Shown here: positions 9,910-17,407 of the stretch, in pieces
Position numbering within the stretch: position 1 is the stretch's first letter
How the letters are laid out: each line of letters opens with the position of its first letter
Origin: an uncultured Clostridia bacterium
GTDB taxonomy: Bacteria; Bacillota; Clostridia; UMGS1883; UMGS1540
DNA: 64,000 nucleotides
Direction: 5' to 3'
Assembly (NCBI GenBank): GCA_937966555.1
Contig: CALCLY010000022.1
Span: 212,729 to 276,728 of the forward strand
Position numbers and translations under genes: made by a program
The notes under the pieces: generated by a model
Told to the model about the DNA's origin: nothing
The model's input: the letters and a program-made list of their open reading frames with translations, nothing else
Database searches by the model: none

Positions 9910-10715
9910 AAAAAGATTTTTTTATAGGAATAGATTCTGACGGAACAGCATTCAACTCAATGGAAATCAAACATAAAAAGTGTTTTATTCCGGCAATGTT
10001 TGAGATTTGGAGCGACCTTGACGCCGAAGCAGCAGCCGCTGCCGAAAAAATAAATCTGTATTCCTCCACGCGCGGAATAAACAGATTTTCCGGATTATTA
10101 CTGATGTTTAAGTTTATGCAATCCAAAGGGATAGATGTTCCGGATTATTCTTCTTTTGAAATGTTTATGAATTCCGGAACAGAACTCTCAAATGACGGAC
10201 TTGAACAATATCTTAAAAATACAAACGATTCTTTTTTAAAAGAAGTTTTGCTGTGGAGCAAAAATGCCGATGAAAAATTCAAAATCGAAACGCAGCATCT
10301 GAAACCCTTTAAATACGTGGAAAACGCTTTAAAAACAGCCTGCAAATATGCTGACATTGCCGTTATTTCATCTGCTTCATACGATTCTCTGAAAAAAAGC
10401 TGGAGAGAAGGCGGAATAATTCAATATGTTTCCCATATAATGGGACAGGAACAGGGGGCAAAAAAAGAGCAGCTTAAAAAACTTGCACAAAACAGTTATA
10501 ATCCCGACAAAATACTCATGATAGGAGACGCCCCCGGCGATATTAAATCCGCAAAAGCCGTCGGTGCATTATTCTATCCGATACTCACAAATCACGAAGA
10601 AAACTCTTGGAAAATGTTTTGCGATACAGCTTTTGAAAAGTTTATTGCGGGCGCTTATAAAGGGGACTTTGAAAACCGTCTCATATCGGATTTTAACAGC
10701 ACGTTTGCAAACTGA
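9906..10715 (+). CDS. HAD-superfamily hydrolase (phosphatase).
   Basis: Motif I IGIDSDGT and motif IV MIGDAPGD. The ATGA start/stop overlap with the upstream gene indicates translational coupling. Confidence 0.75.
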   Translation: MKKDFFIGIDSDGTAFNSMEIKHKKCFIPAMFEIWSDLDAEAAAAAEKINLYSSTRGINRFSGLLLMFKFMQSKGIDVPDYSSFEMFMNSGTELSNDGLEQYLKNTNDSFLKEVLLWSKNADEKFKIETQHLKPFKYVENALKTACKYADIAVISSASYDSLKKSWREGGIIQYVSHIMGQEQGAKKEQLKKLAQNSYNPDKILMIGDAPGDIKSAKAVGALFYPILTNHEENSWKMFCDTAFEKFIAGAYKGDFENRLISDFNSTFAN

Positions 10716-10718
10716 AAT

Positions 10719-10758
10719 GTGCGGCACAGGAACACACCACAGCTTCTGTGCCGCACAA
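10719..10758. terminator. Bidirectional intrinsic terminator between the convergent HAD hydrolase gene and the 10764..12707 gene.
   Basis: Perfect 12-bp inverted repeat TGTGCGGCACAG ... CTGTGCCGCACA with a 16-nt loop, flanked by A/T runs. Confidence 0.6.
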
Positions 10759-10763
10759 ATCAT

Positions 10764-12707
10764 TTAATTTAATGTAACACGCACTTCTTTATCGGGTTTA
10801 AACATATTTGACGTTGTGTATTGAAACAGATTAACATCAAAATATCTCTGAAATTCCGGTTCTTTTTTATACATATATTTAACCATGTCAAGCCATTTTT
10901 TGTATGCTTCCCCATCTTCTTTTTTAGCTTTAAAATATACGCACTCCGCATATTTTTTCACAAATGTGCAATGCAGATTTATAAGCTGCCACGATACACT
11001 TATGCATCTTAAAACACCTGTGAAATTATCAGAGCATTTCTTTTCAAACTCTTCTGCATCAAGCTGTATTTTTTTCATTTTACCACAAAGAATTTCAATT
11101 TCATCTTCCGTAAGATTCCATTTATTTTGAATCATATATTTAAATTCAAAAGCTTCGCTTACTTTCTTCAGAAAATTATAAACGCTTTTCCAATCTTCAC
11201 CGTATGCGGCAGAAAAATATTCCTCCGCCAGTTCATTAAAATCAGCATTTTTATCAAAAAGTTTTCTTCCGTACACATATTGAGGAAAACCGTTCGGAAA
11301 GAATCCTCTCTGGGTTTGATCTTCAATAATACCGCAGATACCGCATTTATCCAATGCCGCAATATCATCATATACACACTTTGCAACAGACATGTAACCC
11401 GGGTCTCTGTAATGAACCCAGTGGAAATGATATTCGTATGCAATTGTGTCTCCGTCAAACTTTTTCTTCCAAAGGTCAAGATAAGCAAGATTCTCCCCCA
11501 TGCCTTTGGGCAAAGTAACATTGTTTCTTTGATATTTCGATACGCTCCCTATTTTTACAGGCTGTGCATAGCTCTCGTCATAAGTCCTTGTAATCGGCGC
11601 AAAAAGCATTGCAAATCTTTCTGTATTTTTAATTTTTTCATATACGGGCGCCCACAGTAGGTCGCAATACACAATAAATACTATTTTAACGGAATTTTTG
11701 CGTTCTTCAAGTTCTTTATCTATTTCATTGAGCAATATAACGTACCAATCTGCTACATCTTTTTTTGAACATTCCGCACATTCACAGTGATTGTTATGTG
11801 CATCTGCAAGCCATACGTGAAGATAATCCACATGCGAATGTTTTTCCGCGTAATCGGCAATGCAATTAACCACCGCACGGCGCGCCGATGTATTTGACAT
11901 GCATATATTGGTATTAATCGCCGCATTTTCAAAAAGCTCTCTTTTGCCGTCAATTTCGGCAATATACTTTTTTACATTATCCCCTATATTTATTTTTTCT
12001 TTGGTTCTGTCATCCCAGCCGCCGGTTGTATCTATTCCGAACGCATCGGCACACCAGCCGTGACCCATATCGTGAAACAAAAGTCCTCTTTTTGTTATTT
12101 CCGCCTCGCACTGTCTCTTCCACTGTAAAACCGTTTCGTTCAAAACCGCCTGATTCGGCTGATACGGATTACCGCGATGTTCATACCAAAGCCTGTAATA
12201 TGCCTGCGGAATGTCAAATTCAAGCATCATGGTATTTAAACCTATCTTAGGAATAAAATCAATCGTTTCAAGCATGTTTTCCTGTGCCTCGCTGCCCTCG
12301 TTGCACTGTCCCCTAAAGCGTTTTGTGGCGGTGATATGACAGCTGACTTTTTCGAGCGGCTTTACCGGTATTTTTTCTCCGTCAACTCCGGGAAACAGCC
12401 AGATACATCCGTTTTTTCTCAGGTATTCATACACACCGAGCAGTACACTTCTCTCATTGCTTCCGGCAATAATACCGCCGTGTTCATCTGCGTCTATGTA
12501 TATCGAGTCATCAAGATATGTGTTTCCTTTTGCATAGCTTTCAAGCCCGAAATCACGCATCAGGCCTATTTTCAGCCCCTCCCCTTTGTCTGCACCGACG
12601 AATATTTCCGGAGCGTTTTTTCGCGGCTCCATCATCATGATATACTTTTTAAGCTCTTCGGCGGCAAAATCCACAACATGGTTTTGTGAAAACTTGTATA
12701 TATCCAT
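10764..12707 (-). CDS. Putative cytoplasmic glycoside hydrolase (DUF4838-like or hexosaminidase-like fold); function uncertain.
   Basis: 647-aa ORF with a strong RBS AAAGGAGGAAAAA and no signal peptide. Family assignment rests on recollection of a CECAECS-containing DUF4838-type architecture, not on a search. Confidence 0.5.
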   Translation of the reverse strand: MDIYKFSQNHVVDFAAEELKKYIMMMEPRKNAPEIFVGADKGEGLKIGLMRDFGLESYAKGNTYLDDSIYIDADEHGGIIAGSNERSVLLGVYEYLRKNGCIWLFPGVDGEKIPVKPLEKVSCHITATKRFRGQCNEGSEAQENMLETIDFIPKIGLNTMMLEFDIPQAYYRLWYEHRGNPYQPNQAVLNETVLQWKRQCEAEITKRGLLFHDMGHGWCADAFGIDTTGGWDDRTKEKINIGDNVKKYIAEIDGKRELFENAAINTNICMSNTSARRAVVNCIADYAEKHSHVDYLHVWLADAHNNHCECAECSKKDVADWYVILLNEIDKELEERKNSVKIVFIVYCDLLWAPVYEKIKNTERFAMLFAPITRTYDESYAQPVKIGSVSKYQRNNVTLPKGMGENLAYLDLWKKKFDGDTIAYEYHFHWVHYRDPGYMSVAKCVYDDIAALDKCGICGIIEDQTQRGFFPNGFPQYVYGRKLFDKNADFNELAEEYFSAAYGEDWKSVYNFLKKVSEAFEFKYMIQNKWNLTEDEIEILCGKMKKIQLDAEEFEKKCSDNFTGVLRCISVSWQLINLHCTFVKKYAECVYFKAKKEDGEAYKKWLDMVKYMYKKEPEFQRYFDVNLFQYTTSNMFKPDKEVRVTLN

Positions 12708-12742
12708 TTTTTCCTCCTTTTCCGTTCAAAAAATTACACCTT

Positions 12743-12762
12743 TCGAACGCGTGTTCGTGTAA
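12743..12762. promoter_or_regulatory. Candidate operator, TTTCGAACGC|GTGTTCGTGT; second copy of the TTTCGAACGC half-site palindrome.
   Basis: Lies immediately downstream of the -10 box of the 10764..12707 gene promoter, in a repressor-type position. It shares CGCGTTCGAAA with the reverse complement of the site at 5907..5926. Confidence 0.35.
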
Positions 12763-12764
12763 CC

Positions 12765-12793
12765 AGTATAACATATATAAATGATGATGTCAA
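12765..12793 (-). promoter_or_regulatory. Sigma-A type promoter of the 10764..12707 gene.
   Basis: On the minus strand: TTGACA, 17-nt spacer, TATACT. Confidence 0.5.
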
Positions 12794-12794
12794 T

Positions 12795-12864
12795 CTCATT
12801 TTATAATAAAATCCCCTCAAAACAGTTTAGAAACTTTGCAATTTCAAATATCTGTTCTGAGGGG
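12795..12864 (-). terminator. Putative terminator of the DUF11 gene.
   Basis: 13-bp stem CCCCTCAAAACAG / CTGTTCTGAGGGG with one mismatch, a long 26-nt loop and a U-rich tract on the minus strand. Confidence 0.35.
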
Positions 12865-12926
12865 AAAACTCTATTTTCCGAAGACTATATATACAGTGTT
12901 ATTGTCTGTGTCCGTAAAAATATGCT

Positions 12927-13781
12927 TTAAATCTGTCCCGTAAGTTTAAGTGTGCTTATACCCGGCGTCACCGTCCACACGCCTGTCTCGGTGTTTTGCG
13001 TACAGCTTGCCGCAGGAACCGTTATCGTTCCCTGCGTTGTCGCAAATTCACCGGAAACCAGATCGTATGTGTAACCGGTGCCGGCTGTAAGGAGCGTATC
13101 GTTTAAATAAACATTAAGCGATGTCAAAACAGGATTTAACGTATCCGATATAATAACGTTTTCATCAGCCGTTACAGCCGTACCGCCCGTATTCTGAATT
13201 AAAATTGTATACGTTACCTCACTGCACCCCGTCAAAACTTCGGGCGAAACAGACTTGCTTATCGACAGCGCGGAACCCGTCTTTGCATTAACCGTTTCGG
13301 TTGCCGATACAAGATCCGAAATTCCGCACCCCGAAAGGCTTGCCGTGTTTGTTATACTTCCCTGCGCACACGGCGGAGCATAGCTGTTTGCTTCCGCTTC
13401 GTAAATAAGCGTTATATTTCCGTTTGCGGGAACTGCTATTCCCGTAACCGAAAGCGGCGGTCCTGCCGAAACAGTCGGCGCCGCAGTCGGATCACCGTTT
13501 ACGAAATACTTAAGCGAATCCGCCACATATGTCAGCGGCGTCACTTTAAGCTCACCGAGAGTATATTCTCCGAGATTGTCCGAAAACGTCAGATCCGTAT
13601 AGGCGTTTGCACCTGAGTTTACAGCGTTGATGGCATAAACCACTTTATCCCCCGGCGAATATTCGCTTGAAAGCGCGGTTTTTGTCAGCGTAAGCGTCTC
13701 CGTAATCTCAGCCGTTACAATATTTGAATAGACTTCCTTTCCTCCATAGGAAAGCTTTGCCTGGTTGTAAAAAGCTGCCAT
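12927..13781 (-). CDS. DUF11 (conserved repeat domain, TIGR01451-like) protein with two repeats; Thr/Ala/Gly-rich, no signal peptide; possibly a spore-surface or cell-surface structural protein.
   Basis: Two repeats of the form LTLTKTALSSEYSPGDKVVYAINAVNSG...L.F.D.L and LSISKSVSPEVLTGCSEVTYTILIQNTGGTAVTADENVIISDTL. GGAGG RBS. Locally GC-rich, and monocistronic with its own terminator. Confidence 0.65.
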   Translation of the reverse strand: MAAFYNQAKLSYGGKEVYSNIVTAEITETLTLTKTALSSEYSPGDKVVYAINAVNSGANAYTDLTFSDNLGEYTLGELKVTPLTYVADSLKYFVNGDPTAAPTVSAGPPLSVTGIAVPANGNITLIYEAEANSYAPPCAQGSITNTASLSGCGISDLVSATETVNAKTGSALSISKSVSPEVLTGCSEVTYTILIQNTGGTAVTADENVIISDTLNPVLTSLNVYLNDTLLTAGTGYTYDLVSGEFATTQGTITVPAASCTQNTETGVWTVTPGISTLKLTGQI

Positions 13782-13861
13782 AATTTATTCCTCCGTAAAT
13801 TTTTAAAAGAATGACAAAATCACCCTTCATTTTACAGTTTATGACGGCAGCTTTCAAATTG

Positions 13862-14992
13862 CTACATAAGAGGCATTCCGTTTTCTATTTTCCAAAGCAC
13901 CGTGAGCATACGCGGAAGATGGAAAGGGCCTTTAAATATATTTCCTTTAAGAGTATTTGCAACGGTTCCGTCATAATGCAGATAGCCGTACCACTCGCCG
14001 TTTTTGTCATCGGCAAAATGCGTCATAACATAATGGAGAAGCTTTTCAAAATTTTCTTTGTATTTAACATCTCCCGTAACTTCATAGCAAAGTCTGTTTG
14101 CAATTATTGCCTCGCACTGCGGCCACCAAAGCTGCATATCCCACTCGAGAGCGCCGGCAGGTCTGCCTTTAATATCGCAAAATGCTATAATAGCCCCGTT
14201 TTTAAGTCCGAGTTCCATGGAAACATCGGTAAGTCTCTGTGCTTTCTTTATAAGCTCTTTGTCGTTTCTTATTATGCCTTCATTCATCAGGAACCACGCA
14301 CATTCAAGGCTGTGACCGGGATTTACGGTTCTGCCCGTTGGATTATCGACAAACTCTCCGTCCGGTGCAACGTTTTCAAGCATTGCAAAATCTTTAACAT
14401 TGCCGTTTACAGTGAGGCTTTCTATCATCTCCGTTACAATATCGTCAAACTTTTTATCAAGTTTTCTGATCACCTGAGCCGTTGAAAGCATAATCATTGC
14501 AGGTGACGCAGCTTTGTAAGAAGCGGTTTCGGGATTAAACTTCGGCGTTGTCTTTGAAGGGTCTTTGAAAATTCCGTACGCTGTTTCAAAATATTTATAT
14601 GCCTTTTCCTTTGCCTCCTCATCTCCGGTTGCCAGATAATACTCCGCACAGCCTATCGCGGCAAACGTTTCGGAATAATAATATCTTCTTTTCTGAATCT
14701 CTCTTCCGTCACGCGTTACCGTGAAAAACATTCTGCCGTCTTTATCTGTGCACTTGTCAAGAAAACCGTAAATAAGCTTTGCCGCATCGAGATACTCGTC
14801 TCTTTTCTCAACAGAATTATAAACACTGCTGAAAATATAGAGCGCTCTTCCCTGAAACCATACGCTTTTCTCTTCTCCGTAAATCTTTCCTTCTTCGTCA
14901 AGACAGGTGAAGATGCCTCCGTATTCGCGGTCCAATGCATTGTCAAGCCAAAATTTAAGTACATTTTCCGTTAAATAGTTTTTAAAATCCAT
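13862..14992 (-). CDS. AGE-family sugar epimerase/isomerase (N-acylglucosamine 2-epimerase or cellobiose 2-epimerase-like).
   Basis: (alpha/alpha)6 AGE signature through the length (WFQGRALY, GHSLECAWFL, DMQLWWPQCEA). Start trimmed to ATG 14992 (GGAGAT RBS). Confidence 0.8.
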   Translation of the reverse strand: MDFKNYLTENVLKFWLDNALDREYGGIFTCLDEEGKIYGEEKSVWFQGRALYIFSSVYNSVEKRDEYLDAAKLIYGFLDKCTDKDGRMFFTVTRDGREIQKRRYYYSETFAAIGCAEYYLATGDEEAKEKAYKYFETAYGIFKDPSKTTPKFNPETASYKAASPAMIMLSTAQVIRKLDKKFDDIVTEMIESLTVNGNVKDFAMLENVAPDGEFVDNPTGRTVNPGHSLECAWFLMNEGIIRNDKELIKKAQRLTDVSMELGLKNGAIIAFCDIKGRPAGALEWDMQLWWPQCEAIIANRLCYEVTGDVKYKENFEKLLHYVMTHFADDKNGEWYGYLHYDGTVANTLKGNIFKGPFHLPRMLTVLWKIENGMPLM

Positions 14993-15045
14993 AATGATCT
15001 CCATTCTGCCGCACATTGACGGCGTAAATTATATAATTATATTTA

Positions 15046-16395
15046 CTATGCAAAAATTACATCCGGTCTTAAAGCTGTTTCCTCAATCAGCTTATCAAGC
15101 GATCTATCTGCGTCCCACATAAGTTCCGCCATCAAAGCTACCGGGAACGGTATCCCGTTTTCAATGGCTCCGTCCTCGCAAAGTGCGGTTATAACGGAAT
15201 CCTCTTTAAAGTCACTTATAATGCTCTGAGCAAAACGTGCGTTTTTAAGCCAAAATCCCTGAACATATTTCCAAACGCGTCTTTTTTCTTCAAATTTGTT
15301 TTTTATAAACTCCTCATCATTTTCTCCGAGAACAAATACTCCTCTTTGATGCTTGAAAGTTCCCCAGTCAAGGCAAATAAGACCTTTGAGCACTGCGCCG
15401 AAACCGTTTTTGCTCTCCTGAAGCTGTTTTGAAAATCTTTTCGTCTCTTCAAAGTTTCTGACATCAGATGCAAGATATGCATATGGGAACGAACCGCAGT
15501 CTTCCCATATTATATCTATTCTCTCATCAAGTGCGGCAAGTTTGTCAATATCATCTTTTACGCTTGTTGCATGAAGTCCGAACATAAGCTGAAGTTTCGG
15601 ACTGATTTCAAATATTTTTGCCGCGGTCTCGTTAACAAATTCCGTCACGCGTTCGGCAATATTTTTGCCGCCTATATCAGCTTTTGCAGTCTCCGTGAAT
15701 GACTGAAAATAAATTCCGTCCACCGGAAGATGCGCGAAATCTTTTTTGTATGTTTCCACAACGCTTTCCGTAAGCGGCGCCAGATCCGATATATCCGTCA
15801 TAGCAGCATCGGCCGTGTTCCACCCCCACGCGAATCCGAGATAGATGTAAATGCCGTTTTTGTGCGCATAAGAAATAACTTCATCTACATTTTCAGGTAC
15901 AAAATCATTCCATATAATAAGCGTATTAAGCTTTAAATTTACCATTATATCAATATACTTTTTATAATCGTATATAACATATCCCCACGACCAAAAACCG
16001 CGGTGCTTTATTTTCGGAACGGATTTAAAATCATACTCGGGAACTTTACCTTCAAAAGCCGGCTTTAAATAGTATGGCATGCTGTGAGTATTTGCGTATT
16101 CCGCAATCGGAATATACTTGTTTTCAAATTCCGAAACCGCATAAAGAAGCATAATTTCGTCTTCGCCGAGAATCTTTATTATCTGTTTTTCCTTTCCGCG
16201 TGCATTGTCTTTTGCGGAAATCTCTATTCCCTTGTCGCAAAAACCTACATATATGATATTTTCACTCCATATATCATCTCCGGCACTGTCCGCACTGTAA
16301 ACTTCCGGTTTACAGCACAGCTTTTCGGACATTATTTTCACTGTTCTCTCTTTGGCTTCACATTCCTTTTCGTAAACTATAACCCATTTTTCCAT
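15046..16395 (-). CDS. Hypothetical cytoplasmic TIM-barrel-like protein, putative glycosidase or phosphorylase; first gene of an operon with the AGE epimerase.
   Basis: 449 aa starting at ATG 16395 (GGAGGAATGGAG RBS). Segments NTLIIWNDF and NGIYIYLGFAWGWN suggest a glycoside-hydrolase-like barrel. No family could be assigned by eye. Confidence 0.55.
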   Translation of the reverse strand: MEKWVIVYEKECEAKERTVKIMSEKLCCKPEVYSADSAGDDIWSENIIYVGFCDKGIEISAKDNARGKEKQIIKILGEDEIMLLYAVSEFENKYIPIAEYANTHSMPYYLKPAFEGKVPEYDFKSVPKIKHRGFWSWGYVIYDYKKYIDIMVNLKLNTLIIWNDFVPENVDEVISYAHKNGIYIYLGFAWGWNTADAAMTDISDLAPLTESVVETYKKDFAHLPVDGIYFQSFTETAKADIGGKNIAERVTEFVNETAAKIFEISPKLQLMFGLHATSVKDDIDKLAALDERIDIIWEDCGSFPYAYLASDVRNFEETKRFSKQLQESKNGFGAVLKGLICLDWGTFKHQRGVFVLGENDEEFIKNKFEEKRRVWKYVQGFWLKNARFAQSIISDFKEDSVITALCEDGAIENGIPFPVALMAELMWDADRSLDKLIEETALRPDVIFA

Positions 16396-16448
16396 ATGAA
16401 AATCTCCATTCCTCCGCTTTACAGCAGCACAAATCAAATCTTATTTTC

Positions 16449-16477
16449 AGTATAATTCACTTTTTTGACTTTTTCAA
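16449..16477 (-). promoter_or_regulatory. Sigma-A type promoter for the 15046..16395 / AGE operon.
   Basis: On the minus strand: TTGAAA, 17-nt spacer, TATACT. Confidence 0.45.
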
Positions 16478-16507
16478 TAACATTTTTGACTTAAAAATAT
16501 AACACAC

Positions 16508-16536
16508 TTGACTTTTTGAACAAAGTATGCTATAGT
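16508..16536 (+). promoter_or_regulatory. Sigma-A type promoter of the araC-family gene, embedded in three direct repeats TTTTTGACTT with 21-22 bp periodicity (16465, 16486, 16508).
   Basis: TTGACT, 17-nt spacer, TATAGT. Two further TTGACT copies sit upstream at two-turn spacing in the divergent region. Confidence 0.5.
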
Positions 16537-16551
16537 TAATTCGGTGATTGT

Positions 16552-17364
16552 ATGTATGACGCGGACTATTTTATAAAATCAAAGGGCATTCCCTTTGTTT
16601 CATATCGAGCCGAACTCATAAAGCAATGTGAAAAAATAATATTTACACCAATGCATTATCATATGGATTTCGAAATAATTATTATCCAGAAAGGCAGCGC
16701 GGTTTTTGAAATAAATTCCGAAGTATTCCGCGCCGGTGAAGGCAGCATTATTCTTATCAACCCTTATGACACTCATTATGCGTATACGGACAGTGATTTT
16801 TTTTCATACGTATGTCTGGATTTTGATATAAGGCTGCTTTCTCTTCCCGAGGAACACGAACTGCTTGACGAAAAAATCAAATACCGCTCCCATCTCACAC
16901 AGAGAGCCGACCTTATACCCTATCTCTTAAACGCCGTTTCTGCTTTTGAAGAAACACCCCATGGTTGGGAGCTTACGCTGCGGGGCAATTTGCTTTTGTT
17001 TTTTTCCGCTGTTCAGAATACGGTTTATCCATTTAAGCGAAAAAACGATTTTACAAGAAAAACGTTGAGTTATATGGAAAAAAACCTTGCCGAACCTATA
17101 ACATCGGCAGACGCGGCCAGGGCTTTATCCTACAACCCGAGTTATTTTTGCAGATTGTTTAAAAAAAGCTTTGCATATGACTTTTCAACTTTTTTGAATA
17201 TGCGGCGCATTGAAAAAGCGAAAGAACTTCTTTTTTACATGAGTGTGTCCGAAACCGCAATGCGGTGCGGTTTTTGCAGTGCAAGTTATTTTTCCGAAGT
17301 TTTTAAAAAAACAACTTCTTTTACACCCACTCAGTACAAAAAATATTTCAGTGCACCAAATTAG
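16552..17364 (+). CDS. AraC-family transcriptional regulator (cupin sensor domain plus C-terminal double HTH).
   Basis: C-terminal ARALSYNPSYFCRLFKKSFAYDFSTFLNMRRIEKAKELL...FSEVFKK is a canonical AraC HTH pair. Confidence 0.85.
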   Translation: MYDADYFIKSKGIPFVSYRAELIKQCEKIIFTPMHYHMDFEIIIIQKGSAVFEINSEVFRAGEGSIILINPYDTHYAYTDSDFFSYVCLDFDIRLLSLPEEHELLDEKIKYRSHLTQRADLIPYLLNAVSAFEETPHGWELTLRGNLLLFFSAVQNTVYPFKRKNDFTRKTLSYMEKNLAEPITSADAARALSYNPSYFCRLFKKSFAYDFSTFLNMRRIEKAKELLFYMSVSETAMRCGFCSASYFSEVFKKTTSFTPTQYKKYFSAPN

Positions 17365-17407
17365 TGATTAAAAATATTATAAATTTAATTGAAATCCGGA
17401 GAAAATT

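Noticed and set aside
11127-11660. 177-aa plus-strand ORF antisense to the 10764..12707 hydrolase gene.
   Set aside because: Fully internal to a well-supported opposite-strand CDS. Isoleucine/phenylalanine-rich low-complexity product with no RBS.
12927-13781. Possible horizontally acquired island suggested by the GC jump at the DUF11 gene.
   Set aside because: The excess GC is largely explained by Thr/Ala/Gly-rich codon composition. No flanking repeats, integrase or tRNA were found, so only noted as an observation.
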